Shown here: one piece after another, positions 1-14,300 of the stretch
Numbering within the stretch: the stretch's first letter is position 1
Layout of the letters: each line of letters starts with the position of its first letter
Source of the DNA: Phoronis australis
Lineage: Eukaryota > Animalia > Phoronida
Direction of reading: 5' to 3'
Length of the DNA: 64,000 nucleotides
NCBI GenBank assembly: GCA_002633005.1
Contig: NMRA01000839.1
Location: 22,330-86,329, forward strand
The notes under the pieces: model-generated
Database searches by the model: none
Told to the model about the DNA's origin: nothing
The model's input: the letters and a program-made list of their open reading frames with translations, nothing else
Position numbers and translations under genes: made by a program

Positions 1-10
1 CCCCCCCCCA

Positions 11-201
11 ATAGGTCACTGACAGCTATGACCAGAACACTAAATAAGCCCCCCATAGGTCACTGATGGTAATTACAGATAACTAAACAAGGCCTAGTAA
101 CAGGTCACTGATGGCAATGTTCAGAACAGTAAATAATGCCCACCAATAGGTCACTGATGGCAATGCTCAGGACAGGAAATAATGCCCACCAATAGGTCAC
201 T
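11..201. repeat. Minisatellite, ~41-42 bp unit (core AATAGGTCACTGAYRGC), ~5 copies, in roquin intron
   Basis: AGGTCACT recurs at ~14, 57, 102, 148 and 194 with similar spacers. Confidence 0.8.
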
Positions 202-832
202 CGGTCTGCCTCAGTCACATTTGTTGACATTTTTGTGCTGACGTATTTGAGTTTTCAGTTGTAGAGAAGATTGAATAGTGTAACAGTGGCAAAAACATAA
301 TATCTGGCTCTGGTCTTCACCACAACTGGTTTTAAAACCTAATGCTGACCGGCAGAAAAAAATGCCTGCCCACATCAGTTTCTATGAAGGTCTTGTTTTC
401 TTTAAAAGTCGCCATTTTAGCACTAAACTAGAATGTTACTGCCAATGAGACTGGTAACAACTTTGCATTAATTTGAACATGACGATGATGTTAATGGAAA
501 ACCATAGTTCAAAATTAATGCAAATTTACAAGTGGGCACTGAAGCTGTAAAAGACTATCTTTAATGCTAAAGGAAAAATTAACAATTTCAAATTTAGATG
601 AGCGTTGTACTAACTGACCTATTTTGTGCATTTTGGAATAAAAAATAGATGCCTCAAATTGCAAATAATGGCACATGATGAGGTGTTCAAGGTGTGAAAA
701 ACATGGGAAAGATGGACAATAACGAGAGTAGAGCGCTGAGTTAGGTAAACAGAACCTAGGGCACTACACTGTGATGGTATGGTCAGGTTGACATTGAACA
801 CTGAGATTCTGTGTCTGAGTAATTACACCCTG

Positions 833-1157
833 TGATGGAGACTCTTACCCATGTCAGATCACCCAGGGATGGAGACCCTTACCCACTTGAGATCACCCAC
901 GGATAAACACCCTTACCCACTTGAGATCACCCAGGGATGGAGACCCTTACCCACTTGAGATCACCCAGGTATGGACACCCTTGCCCGCTTGAGATCATCA
1001 AGAGACGGGAACCCTGACTAACGTGAGATCACCCACGCATGGGCACCCTTACCCACTTGAGATCACACAGGCATGGACACTCTTACCCACTTCAGATCAC
1101 CCACACACACCCTTAACCATTTACACTCATCTAGCGATGGACATCTTTACCCACTTC
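833..1157. repeat. Minisatellite, ~39-40 bp unit (CCCTTACCCACTTGAGATCACCCAGGGATGGAGA), ~8 copies, in roquin intron
   Basis: Direct tandem repetition visible 833-1157, degenerating rightwards. Confidence 0.9.
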
Positions 1158-1236
1158 GGATGATTAATGGGCTTTAAGCTCATAAGAGGTTGTGGCCAAG
1201 GGTAACAAATACTACACTAACACCTTGTGGTCATAC

Positions 1237-3558
1237 CTTGAAACAGGAGGCCCTATAAAGCAACTGCACCACATGACCTATGGCTGTTTTGGATGCTTGA
1301 CTGAAGACACCTTGTAGCTTTTGAACAACGTACAAGACAAGTACTTTGCGTGAGAGAGATGACCCATCCTCCAGCGCCAACAGAATTAGATTAAGCACTT
1401 CTTCCTGCATAGCTGAAACATACAAGGGAGATAATGGATTGTGCTGAGGAATCGTGATAGATGGCAGTATGGTCTTTACTGCAGCAGAAAGTACAACATA
1501 CAGCTCATTGTTGAAATATTAGTGAATTTTAAGTTCAAAACGTACCTCATGTTTTAACGGCGGAAGTTTGATGAATATCCAGTCAATAGCCAAGATCATA
1601 TTAACTTCAGCAGCCTTACAAATTGCAGCTGCAAAATGCAACACTGACACACATTCACGTGCACGCACCAGTGTAATGCTGACACGTACACACACATGCA
1701 CACAAGCACACACACACACACGCGCACACGCACACACAAACCCGCACACATACCTATGCAAATTACAGTGACACCTAATTAGAGGGTGCCTCTAATGTGG
1801 ACACCCCAACTACAAACACTTCAGTTTGCCCAGAGATAATGAACACATAGATATCAACCCTATTCAAGTAATAAGACATAAGCAAATCCTACTACTTCTT
1901 GGTGACAAGACTACACTCACCTGGCCCAAGAAACTGACATCCGCGACTTCTGACAGCAGCCCAAAGATTGGCAGAGAGTTGTTGTTGGTTCTGATTTTGT
2001 AGTATCAACTCAGTGACTGTGCGTTCACCGAGAGAGCGAGCGGCCCGCATGGCGCGGGACACGCCTTCATCTTCCATCAGTTGACAACAGATCAAACTGA
2101 CGAGCTTCCGCTGCATTGGTCGACTCAATTGGCCATTAGAGCTGTTAGTCAGGTTGCTAGGCGACAGATTCCGTACAGACGACTTGTTGACTGAAAGAGG
2201 AGAAAGTTGACCTCGAACACTCACCAGAAAAGAATGATGAACAACAGTAAACAAAAACTAGTGTCAGGCAAAATAACTGCAAACGTGCAGAGTGACAGGC
2301 AAATCCCATAGTGAAATTTGTCGCTAAATTTCATATTAAGGCCTCAAAGGTATCTAGTGACCTCTAGAGGTGGTCTAATCAATGAATAAAGGCAAACAGT
2401 ACTCTCAATTCACAAAAGAAAAATTTTGAGAACTGTTCTCAATAATTTTAAATGCACAGCCTAGAAAACACACTAAAAGTAATCAGACAAAATGATCCAC
2501 CATTTGTTGTCATAGCAGGTCATGATTCTACGGAGTCCGATGGGGAATTCCGCTGACACTCAGCGATCACGACAGGAATTGTGGCTCATTTTGTCTTATT
2601 ATTTTTGGCGTGCAGACTAAGCCGCTTGACATGATGGGAAACAGCAGAAAATACGTTGAAAAAATAACCGCCAGAATTGCAGGACTGACCTGCCATGTAT
2701 GAATGTCATCAAGGTTTTTGAATATACAAACCAGATCTAAAGTTGTGTAAAATGTTCAAATTTTGAAAAACTTCCCGTCAAAAATTTTCTGCAAAACATT
2801 GTAGTATGCTCAGGCCGAATAATGCAGTGGTGTGCGAGAATGATGCTGTGCAAATTTTACAAGAAAAGAAATCTTGTGTCTAATGTTAACAATATGTATT
2901 CTACAGCTAGTTTTGAATGAAATAAATAGCCTTGAAATACTTCAGCTTCAGGCTATATCTGGATTATTTCATGTATAATGGTCCCGGCTATACCAGTATA
3001 TCTAAACTATCTCATGCTGTCTACAAAGACATGAATGGTTCTGAATATATGTTTTCTCACCACCCCTACGTACCTGCTTCTCTCTCTCCCATACTCCCAT
3101 GCCCTCTCTCTCGCCCCCTCCCTCCCACTCCCCATTCCTCCCAACCTCACGGATGTAATCCAGTTTACATGCAAGCATAAAGCACAAGGTGAACACAAAA
3201 GTCTCTGCTTACCTGTGAACATGGGTTTCAAATACACAGCTAGCTGAACAATGCACTCCATGGCTGCTAAGTAGTGCTCCTCAAGGTCACCAAGGTCAAA
3301 ACCCTCGAGTGTATCCATGACGTCACACGTATCACCGACCAGAAAAAGCAGAGCAGCGTTGACAGCCAATTCATCATCTCCCCTGGTGACCTGGAACTGA
3401 TCAAACGGACATTTTCGCTGGTGCAGTTTGCTCAGACATGGCTTGCACACAGTGTGGCCACAACCCAGACTGATCGGCTGAACATGGACTGATGAGTACA
3501 TGTTACAGCACAACGGGCAGTAGAGCACCTCGGTCCACTGAGGAGCTGTCACTGGCAT
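1237..3558 (-). CDS. RC3H1: Roquin (RING-type E3 ligase / ROQ RNA-binding protein), first three coding exons; gene continues beyond the left edge
   Basis: Coding exons 3558-3213 ([18 protein letters not shown]...[26 protein letters not shown], roquin-type RING), 2190-1921 ([10 protein letters not shown]...[17 protein letters not shown]...[15 protein letters not shown]) and 1412-1237 ([25 protein letters not shown]...[15 protein letters not shown]). All GT-AG and phase-consistent (1,1,0). An acceptor at 3656 implies upstream non-coding exon(s). Confidence 0.96.
1640..1752. repeat. Imperfect (CA)n/(CACG)n microsatellite
   Basis: acacacacacacgcgcacacgcacacaca run. Confidence 0.8.
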
Positions 3559-5329
3559 GGTGATGAGAACAGTGGTTATGTAGTAATGGAACAATACAAA
3601 AATGGTATCGTTCAACGGCTGAAATCTCCAGCAGTAAGAGCTAAACTGATGTAATCTGAAACAAAAAGAAAAAAGACATTACAGAGAAGCCTGAAGGACG
3701 TTGCGATATTAGACAAACGAGCTAGCTAGCAACAAGCGAACAATGTGGATAAATAATGCAATTTAAACACAGCTTGCTTGTTCAGTCCAATAGAACTCGA
3801 TTTGTGGTCATCTCACAACGCAAGTTACATTAAAACACAGTGTTAACAACGGTGCACAAATTTTTGTAATCCCAGAATGGTACCTACCTTATCACATTGT
3901 TATAATCACCTTTTGTGAGCACAGGGACACCTTCGAGCAGTCCTTTGTTCAGTTGCTCAAATCAGCTACTGTTCATTTTGAACACTGTGCACACTCCTGG
4001 TGGGCGTAAAGATAGGAGCATGTGCAGGGTAAAAATGCCCAGTAGTCGATTTGGGCAACTGAACGAAGGACTGATCGAGGAAAAAAGTTGGATTACAAGA
4101 GTATTCATTGGAGTTGGAAGGAATTAAAGACATAGATGGCCTCCTAAGCCTACGGTGTCCCTCTTAGTGCAAAAGGTAGTTACGAGTATAACAACTTGAC
4201 TTGGATGAGGTATAATTTGCCAAAAAATCTTCCGGCTTCACCATCTCTACTGGGGCCAGCTACAGACGGTAGTCATTGTCTATCTAAGTTACCCTCGGCC
4301 TCTGTAAGCCTAAAGGGGAAGGCTAAGTCACTTTAAATACTAAGTGAAGTAAGTTGCCATAATTGGGTTAAGTTGCACTAGTTTAAATTCATTCCAGAAG
4401 TAACTTGGTCTGGGGTTAGTATATGTGTGCACGGCACTTAATGCTTATTGTAACCGACCCACACAATCGACATGCTGACTTGCATCCCCATGCAAGAACC
4501 GAAACTCACCAGCAAATCGTCATCTTACGATGATATTCTGTAGTGGAGCCAAAGAAAGACCTCATAAATTGAAGTTTATGGTAATCCCTGGTCCATAGGG
4601 TTCGGTGTTGTGGATGTCAAAACATCCTTTATGCTACAAAGAGCAAAGAATTGCAATATTTATGCGTTCTACATAACAACTATGTACTTGCAATAATTTG
4701 TTATTGCAACCTCCATGTAAAAATGTCGTGAAGAAGTCGTTTTCTGAGCAGCGCCACCTAGGTGGTTGCGGTGCAGAATTGATTGATGGGTGTCCGTTGT
4801 ACGTTACAGCTGGTGAAAAGTCAATTTCCATCACCGTGACAAAAAGACAAATAATGAGAAACGTGCATTTTTATTACACAAATACATTAGCCACTAAAAT
4901 CTTAGCGTTTAGTAGTGTGTTGGACAGAAAAAGTAAAATCTCATGAGATCCCACAGAGCCCGCTATAAAGTCAAATGACTGAGGCGCTTAAAGGCGCAGG
5001 TAGATCTTCGCGCACAGGCGTACGTCTTATTAGGCTATGTACTTAGGCTACTTAATTAGATCTGAAATTGAGTTTGTGCATTCTGATGAATTTCATGACC
5101 CAGTTGTTCTCATAGGAGACATCGAACGTCGTTTCCGACAACTATGAGCACCGTGTGCCACTTAACCGCCGATCCCCTAATTTTTGGGTTTGCCAATTTA
5201 ACCGCCCAGGGCGTTAACCCGAACGTTTACAGTACGTAGGGCCTAATGCGACACCATATCCGTACCTCGCCCCTGTGGCCACACAATTGCCCCGATGGGC
5301 GTCTGTGTGGACATGCTCTTACTTATATG

Positions 5330-5620
5330 TGAAACTTACAAGTGCATCCGCCAATTCGTGAGCCACTTGGGTAAAAAAACTCTCGAAAAAGCCATCTTGT
5401 AGGCTATTTCGGAGTGAAGGACCTCAGGCCCGAAAGGTGCGGCGGGGCATTGCGGGCCGCTGTAATACAAAACTATTCGACAATGAGTCTTCTGAAAACG
5501 CCAAGGAACTCCCACTCCCAGTCCGGCAATGAGGCAGAGGTAAAATATTGCCATTAGGAGGCACGCACAGCAGTCAAACTGACGGGTGCGACTATATGTG
5601 AATTCGTACGAGCCCGTATC
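5330..5620 (-). promoter_or_regulatory. Probable roquin promoter / first non-coding exon
   Basis: Locally CpG-richer. YY1-like AAGATGGC on minus (~5391-5398) and a minus-strand GTAAGT donor at 5339-5334, ~1.7 kb upstream of the ATG exon. Inference only. Confidence 0.35.
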
Positions 5621-7119
5621 TAGCTAGTCAGGGTCGTACCAAGGATGTAAGTATAGGCCTACCTTCCTTAATTGGTTGTTGTGGAAGCGGGAGGGGGCAT
5701 GTGCCCTAAAATTTTGCAGGCGTCAGGGTCAACGAGGCAACAGCCGTGAGTGATATAGGTGTGGGGCCGTGGACAGTGTAGAAAGACTGCGAATACGGAT
5801 AGGAGAAAAAATTCAAGGGGACATTTGACAACTCAGATTCAGTGCATTCGGTTTACCCATGAGGGCTCTGGCCAGGGCAATGTTGTTAGGGTTTCCATTT
5901 TTGCAGCACAGGTGTCAAAACGCACTTGAAAACGTGCACTTAATCATTCAGACATTTTTTCGAAAATTTGAAAATCGAAGCTTTTGCGGAGCGTATTATT
6001 CACTATAGATTTAAAGACGAATCATATTTTTGCAGAGGTCCCTCTTTGCATGGCAAGGGATAACGGAGACAACTGTCGCCCTATTGTTTTTTCTTTTTCG
6101 ATGTTGTATATCACTGAGAACAACTGGTGGCCAGACAGATAACAACCTTGCCGCAAATTCCGTGATTTTTGAAAACATGGATCTTTTCATATTTAGGGAC
6201 CCAGACCTTGAAGGAGGCCATTGATGACATACAAGTGACCACCCTTTTCGTGTTTTTATGGGGACAAGTTCTTAAGAGTCAGCTCACAGAGAGAGGGCCC
6301 AATGTTGGAATTGATTACCTCCAGCTTTTATTTAGATGATGGAAACCTTCCTGCAGGGTCCCCATTTCAGACGGGATCTTCTCTCGGTGGGGAAGTTCGG
6401 GAAAATTGTCCCCTTGTCCCTCTATACACCTCCGCAATGACACTGCCAAGTATTCACGAGGAGAAGTTGAAATTCCAAATTCATCATTCGACCCAAACAA
6501 CCAAAAACTATAAAAAATACAATATGATTGACCGCCATCGAAAAGGTAGAATTTTGAAAACCACTATTTGGGAATTACACAAAATGATTATTTGCGATGG
6601 TTATTTATAAATTAATGTTATTTTTTGCCATAGTATCACAAGAATAGTATTTCTTTTGAAGATCGTTACTAGGAATTGTCTGTGTGGAATTTGCACATGT
6701 CGAAAAGACTGTCAGGGCTACGATTTGTGATGACCTTGTACATGTCGAAGGGGGCTACCGGTACTCAAAGTACTCGCAATTATACAAAGATTTCAGCGTT
6801 TGATTGGAGTTCACGTTTAACTCGTGAATTGTTATAGGTACATCTGATATTAGTAAAAATAAACCTTAATACTTATTCCACATGTTCCATGTTACCATGG
6901 TTACCCCTCAAAAATCTACGAGCATGCCTGCGAAAAATTGCTTAAAATTCCGTTTTGATAAACAAATTTATTGGTTTCCGGTTTACATGTTACGCATCTC
7001 GAAAATGGCTAGATTGATTCATAGATGATTTTTGATAACGAGAAGCTAATCTCATAAGAATTGATGATGTTTCGGACAATTTAGTTACAGCCTGAAGTTG
7101 GAAAAGTTCTAATAACATA

Positions 7120-7630
7120 ATTTTCAAATAGCAAAGTACACAGTCGATTTTTGCCTATCTAAAATAACTCTCAAGGACATTGATGGAAATCGGACAGTTC
7201 CCAAAAACATACTCGCAATTCAAATGACAACAAATGCATTGCTTTTTGACTTAGGTACACGATCTGTCGTAAATTCACAAACAGGAGATCAAAAAGGAAT
7301 TACGTCATTAAATCAAAGTAAACGCATTGCTCATTGAATCGATTGTTGTACTCTGGTTTACATGTTCACAGTGTAGGTTGTATGTAAGTTGGCACTGGGA
7401 AAATTCGATCTATCATCAGATCTCCAAATAGCAAAGTACACTAAACGATTTTTGTCTATCTGAAATAAGCCTCAAGGCTATTGATGAATGTCGGACAGCT
7501 CTACAAAGTGTACCAAAATGTTCTCACAACTCAAATGAAAACAACTTGTTTATTGATTAAGGAATTAGATAAGTGATTTAAATTCACAAACCCTAGATCG
7601 AAAAAGAAGGTTAAGTCTTTAAATAAATAA
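7120..7630. repeat. Diverged tandem repeat, ~300 bp period
   Basis: CAAATAGCAAAGTACAC..CGATTTTTG.CTATCT.AAATAA.. at ~7125 and ~7426; AAATTCACAAAC at ~7271 and ~7580. Confidence 0.7.
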
Positions 7631-7959
7631 ATTACTCTCATTGTTCATGAACTTGGAAAAGTTGTCTTTGCACTTCATTGGTGTTTTTAGTTTCCAGTAG
7701 TATTGCGCAACAAAATTTTGTTCTACGTTTGATTATTCCCGTGCATACTACACAGGCATAGCATGTCGTGACTGACGCACCCATGTCAAAAATAAGGTGC
7801 CAGCATGCACTGATCTGCGAGAACTTTGTTGGTTCCTGGTTCTCAAATCCTGATAGCTGCATCCCTGGTTTTGCCCCTCCCCCACCTATGGCGGACCGAG
7901 GGGGCTCGGTACATATATGGTGGTATCCGGAGAACAGGAAGGGGGTTGCTACTGAGTTT

Positions 7960-9392
7960 ATTTTTAATAATATGGGTCAGGGGAGGCTTACCGGTACTGA
8001 TTTTGTTGACCTTAAGAAAGCCTTAGACACTGTGGACCATGGTATCCTATTACAGAAACTAAAGTCTTATGGAGTTAATGATAACGAACTCCTTTGGTTT
8101 AAAAACTACTTATACGACTGTAAACAGGCAATCAAATACGGCGGTTTTCCTTCTGGCTACTCAACCGTAATCACGCGTGTACCTCAGGGTTCCATTCTGG
8201 GATCTCTATTATTCACTATTTTTGTTAACGACCTCCCTAGTGTCCTCCACGACAGTGTCCCAGTTTTATATGCTGATGACACTGCAATTATGTCCACAGC
8301 TGGATCAGAAAAAGAACTCGAAACTTCTCTCAACAATTAGCTAGCCCCTATCCATGACTGGCTGATTCAAAATAAACTCACTCTTACATGTACCTTTTAT
8401 AAAACTAAGTCAATGCTGTTGGGAACCCACCAGAAATTAAATCAACAAAAACTGTCCCTTTTTATCAACGGTTCTCTCATCGAGAATGTTGACAAGTTTA
8501 AGTACTTGGGCCTTATTTTAGATCCCAATCTTAAATTTAATATGAACATAGATCACATCACAAAGAAATTATCAAAGAAAATCGGTGTACTTAAACGTCT
8601 AGGCAAATTTCTTAATGTCACTACTCTTAAGACACGTTACCATTCTATAATTCAGCCTCATATTGATTACTGTTTACCGGTTTTGGGGGCACACTAGTGA
8701 CACACTTGTCAGCAAAATCCAAGTAACCCAAAATAGAGCCGCCAGGACTATCCTGGGTACTAGAATTAGGGACACCAAAGTTGATGGTTTGTAGTCCAAG
8801 CTGGGATTTATGAAAGTAAAACAAAGAAATAAATATCTCTCTGCCTGTTGTATGTAAAGATGTATCAATGGCTTGTCTCCAGCATATCTCAACCGAAAAT
8901 TCAATAGCTGTCAAGCTGTATATTCTACACGCTCTTCTGTTGCTGGAAATGTTTCTTTTAAAAAAATTAAAACCGAGACCAGCAAGAGATCTTTTATCTA
9001 TGCTGCTGGTACAATATGGAATTCTCTTAGCCCAGAAATTATACGGTTCGATTCAATTGATACTTTCAAACGTAAAATTAAAATGTGGCTGTAATTTACC
9101 TCACCTTGTTATACCCCACCTGTAGTTATGTCATTCATTCATTGTCGTAAATACTCTCACTGTCTAGAGTCATCTCTTTATTTATTTCATCAATCTTAGT
9201 TAAATTTTCACCACTCTTCGTCATTAATTTATTGTCTTAGTTCTCAACCTGTTTTAAATGTATCTTTTTCACGTATAATTAATTGATGTCTTATTACTTC
9301 ATTGTATTATATTTTTTGTTGCTGAGGGCCCTCTTGGAAAGCAGTGCTCTCACTGAAGAGGCTACCCTCATTTTAAATATCACAATAAATAA
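7960..9392 (+). mobile_element. 5'-truncated, inactivated non-LTR retrotransposon (CR1 group, L2/Crack-like): RT C-half plus 3' UTR
   Basis: FVDLKKALDTVDH, VPQGSILGSLLFTIFVNDL, YADDT, FKYLGLILDPNLKF, IQPHIDYC, SFIYAAGTIWNSL. Interrupted by stops and frameshifts. 3' end GGGCCCTCTTGGAAAGCAG...CAATAAATAA. Confidence 0.9.
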
Positions 9393-9745
9393 GGTTGGGC
9401 CAGGGGGTAGGAGGTGATGGTGATAGGAAGGGGGTAGTTTGCCGAAGTCGAATTCGTTTGTGCCCCCTTCCCCCTCCCCCCAATAATTTTTGCCTTCCTA
9501 CGGTCCTGCCTATGCAGGGGAGATTACTTGGGCTGGTACAAAACTTACGCGTAAATGCCAATATACAAATCGCTTGGCGTAAAAAGCCGCGATGTCCTAG
9601 CGTTACTGAACGGGAGGCAGTTTTATTTCATTATAAGGCGGTCTTATTCATAAGTTAATTCGTCGAAGTAGCACAAATTATAGCCGCCCAACCCAGACTC
9701 CAACAGTGTATTCTACTGTATTGTTGCGGACAGAGTAGGATTCCN

Positions 9746-10716
9746 AGTTGATGACTTGTAGTCCAAGCTGGCATTTATGAAAGTAAAACAAAGAAATAAA
9801 TATCTCTCTGCCTGTTGTATGTACAGATGTATCAATGGCTTGGCTCCAGCATATCTCAACCGAAAATTCAATAGCTGTCAAGCTGTATATTCTACACGCT
9901 CTTCTGTTGCTGGAAATGTTTCTTTTAAAAAAATTAAAACGGAGACCAGCAAGAGATCTTTTATCTATGCTGCTGCTACAATATGGAATTCTCTTAGCCC
10001 AGAAATTATACGGTCCGATTCAATTGATACTTTCAAACGTAAAATTAAAAAGTGGCTGTAATTTACCTCACCTTGTTATACCCCACCTGTAGTTATGTCA
10101 TTCATTCATTGTCGTAAATACTCTCACTGTCTAGAGTCATCTCTTTATTTATTTCATCAATCTTGGTTAAAATTTCACCACTCTTCGTCATTAATTTATT
10201 GTCTTAATTCTCACCTGTTTTAAATGTATCTTTTTCCCGTATAATTAATTGTTGTCTTATTACTTCATTGTATTATATTACATTTTTTTGTTGTTGAGGG
10301 CCCTCTTGGAAAGCAGTGCTCTCACTGAAGAGGCTACCCTCATTTTAAATATCACAATAAATAAGGTTGAGCCAGGGGGTAGGAGGTGATGGTGATAGGA
10401 AGGGGGTAGTTTGCCGAAGTCGAATTCGTTTGTGCCCCCTTCCCCCTCCCCCCAATAATTTTTGCCTTCCTACGGTCCTGCCTATGCAGGGGAGATTACT
10501 TGGGCTGGTACAAAACTTACGCGTAAATGCCAATATACAAATCGCTTGGCGTAAAAAGCCGCGATGTCCTAGCGTTACTGAACGGGAGGCAGTTTTATTT
10601 CATTATAAGGCGGTCTTATTCATAAGTTAATTCGTCGAAGTAGCACAAATTATAGCCGCCCAACCCAGACTCCAACAGTGTATTCTACTGTATTGTTGCG
10701 GACAGAGTAGGATTCC
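9746..10716 (+). repeat. Near-identical second copy of 8779-9744 (LINE 3' end plus flank), joined at a single N; likely unmerged haplotype
   Basis: Copy starts immediately after N at 9745. Scattered SNPs and small indels in the LINE part; flank essentially identical. Confidence 0.9.
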
Positions 10717-11307
10717 AGCTGGAGTTTTGGTCTGCACACTTGAAATGTAGTTTCACAAAACCAAAACGGGCATCTTTAGTTTGAATGCATTCTTATAATG
10801 TGTTTTATTTATTCTTGAACAATAATATTCAATCATTACAAGACATTCATGGCACGACAGCTTGATGTGCCACCATTCACGTGTACGACAATTTACGTGG
10901 TGCACGTGCGTCGTTGAGTTTCTCGGGCGTGACCAACCGAAACGTCATGTCACCGTAAATACACTGAAGGTAAATAGACCAACGGAAGTAAAATGCATTG
11001 GAAAAATAAATTAATCCAAAACTAAGCTGCCTATATCTAAATGCATACGTATGTGTAGAAATAACAAATACGCACATCTTACACATGAAAGAACACACAA
11101 ATTAACCTCTTAAAACAAGCACCCCGTTAGCAGAAAATTCGTGGAAAGTACTCTTTGATCACTGAATCCTAACTAAGCTAATTTCTCATAGAATGCTGCA
11201 AAGCACTAAGGTCAAAGAAGCATACGAAAGTCTAACGTTCCAGGTACAAATGGTTCATAGAGGTTCATTTGAAACTAAATGTAGTTGATTAGACAATTTG
11301 AATATAG

Positions 11308-14300
11308 TTAAAACACTTCACATCTGTTTTGTGGATTCATCCGAGCTTTCAACGAACATCCAAACGCCTTGGAAAACTCCTCTGTCTGCATCAATGCCGT
11401 ATTTGTCCTAAAACAAAAACAGTAACACGGAATAAAATTCTGGAAACCTCAACCCGTCCTTTTCTGTGCCACACTTGAAATGTGTTCCAGGTGAAAAAGG
11501 TCCCAGTGGAAGATGACGCAGTTATAAAGAGCTCTTCGTGAAACACAATTTCGTTAATCAAATATTAGTCAAGCATTCTTAATTCCATAGCATTTCGTCT
11601 TAAAAAATATGACCTGCGATTATATGCGTTAAAATCGTCCCAGAGAGGGCGCCCAGGAAAATTCATGGCAGTAGAAAGACCACTTAAAGCTGCAATTCAT
11701 TTCACTTGAACATCGAAGGCGTCCATACATTCGTCTTAAGTTTGTGGAAATGATCTCAAATTGTTCCGCAGTCAAACAACAGGTGGTTTCAGGTCTTCGC
11801 ATTGTACTGACAGTTCGTTATTCCTTGAGACCAAGCTGTTCAACTCGTTACGTCGTGTCCTTTTGTGCGACGAACACGGACTCGAGAAATAACACACCTG
11901 GGCCCAGTTGCATAAAAGTTATACGCCGTATAGCAACAATGACGTTGCATTATCACGCGTCACGTTGTTATTGTTGAACAATGCACATGACGTCATGCAA
12001 CAATCAAACCTATCCAGCGGATATCTTTTGAAGCTTTATGCAACTCAGCCCAGGAGTTGTTGCAAACCCAGATATCACTTTCGTCTGAGTAAAGTCTAAG
12101 AATAAAGTGAGACCTATTATTAAAATAGCGTTAAAAGGTCTAAATAATCAAAAGCTCGCTTCTTGGACCGAGCGAGGTTTATGGCTCTTTTAACACGAAA
12201 TCAATTTCTCATCAATCCTACACTTGAGTCAAAATAGACATCTTCAGTCAAGAAACTTGAAACATAATTTTCGGCAACTTCTGTTTTAACATTAGTCTAG
12301 TAAAGCATGGTGCGACTACTGTTTGACCACACTTGTCCTGCAAAACACTATTGCCCTTTCTAATGTCCATGATTTTATTGATTACTCGAATGCTTTCAAT
12401 TACATACAATGCACTTACAGTAGATCCTCTGGAATCTTTCCGCTCATTACCAGCATGGCCTCTGTTGACGATTGTCGAACACGGCAGCGTGACTAAAATT
12501 GAATTGATAATGACGAAAATAGGTAATGATTCAGGAAATGTCGACATTTATTTCTGTGAAAGCAATTTTGACTGCTCTACTGGCCGTGCTTGAGGATGGT
12601 GGGACAGTCAATGCGACCGTTACTTGACGTTAGGTAGCGTGGCGTGAATGTCAGCTGCGATTACCGAACGTGACGGACATAGCGTCAGCTAGAACGTTGA
12701 TGATTTGAATCTTATGTTTACAGGTATTGGATTTTTTGTTAGTAAAACACTTTTCGCGTTATCAGGGTTCTTTTTCACTTTTGTTATAGTACACTTTATT
12801 TAATAACAGAAATTGTAAAAAGGTAAACCAATATTGAGTGATCTTTACAGAATATTTTTGTCAAAAGTTTTGAATTAGTGGTTATGCTAAAAAACCTACA
12901 GATAGGTTTGGAGTTTCGTACAGTTCTACCAGTTTCCAATCAACAAGACTTTCCTGTAACCATTTTTATGCTATTTTGAACGCTGATGAAAATTCTCCGC
13001 GTTTTTGTAAGATTAACGGGAAATATTTGTCTTCGCGGGTTTGTATAGACATTACCAATATGTGATCAGCCATTTGTGGCTTGTGTTTTGTGAATTTATT
13101 AGTAGTTCGTGATAAGCTAAAAGTAGAGGCTAGATTTATGTTATGTATTCCCCAGTTTTCGAGTCATTCAATATGGGAAAGCCAGCTTGAGTGCGGGTAA
13201 ATGTAATGTACATGTCGATCAGAGGAAGGCCAGATCCTTTTCCGGATGCTTGACATTCTATTTACCAAATGGACACAGATTTTTGCAGTTATTAAGTGAT
13301 GTTTATCTATGTTTTTCCTGTGCGGCTTTGTCAGGCTTAATACGGGTTTAGTTTGAAGTTCATCCATGCTATATCTATACATTTGCTGTATTATGATATC
13401 CGTGTCTTCAATCCACTAAAGCCCTGTTCCTGTTTAATAAATTGTAGCCTGCCATGGCTTGTAGACGTTATTTATGATCAGAGTACACTCAAAACGTTAC
13501 AGCAACAACGACTCTAAATCTGTGCTTTTCAACCTATCTACGTCATACATGTACACAGAACCTGAATATTCTTTTCAATCAAAAACGCCACAGAGCGCTG
13601 CGTCTCACCTGCGCATAAGATAAGAAGAATGCTCTGTCATTAGAGCTAGACAGTCCTGGAGCAAGTGGCTCTCCATGAGTTTGTTTCACCCACTCTTTGT
13701 ACGCCTGGTGTGATAAAACACAATAAAGAAAGAGAGACACCTGGTGTGTGAATAGCAAGGTAAAGTGAGAAAGGGAGAGAAACCAGATGAAAATTTCCCT
13801 CTTTGTAAGCTATTTCAAAGCACAATGATCATTCACATTGTCATTATATTATTGAACTGAGAAGAGATATACCATCGACAAGATTGTCTGGCATGCATAT
13901 CAAATTTGCTCGGCGGCGTAGAGACGTGTGAGGTAAAGTTGTAGATTGAACGTACACGCAAGGAACACGAGATGACATAAATGTTACAGATAATTCACCT
14001 TTCAACATAATTGAGTATGAATACACTCTGAATATGCCGCATCACCTTGTAAGCTAATTTCACTCCGCCGATTTCACCGATGGCATCTTGGGCTACCTGG
14101 GATACGCGAAGGGTCACGTGCTGTAAAACACCAGTTTCAGTTTATTCAAAGAACGCCTTCACTTGGTGTCAATTGCCGTGCAGCTTGCAGTAACTTTGGT
14201 ACTGTGGATGCTTGATTTCGTCTATTCAAATCAAAGTCTGCATAATGTGAAAACATGCATACATGTACTTAATCCAGCGTTTTCGAATTGGACGGTTGGT

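Noticed and set aside
833-1157. Regularly spaced repeats resembling a CRISPR array (also 11-201 and 62826-63047)
   Set aside because: The units are wholly repeated with no unique spacers, there are no cas genes, and the context is eukaryotic. These are minisatellites.
12248-12337. Alternative penultimate M13 exon (DKCGQTVV...)
   Set aside because: Weak donor. Exon 12492-12419 has strong sites and the correct phase.
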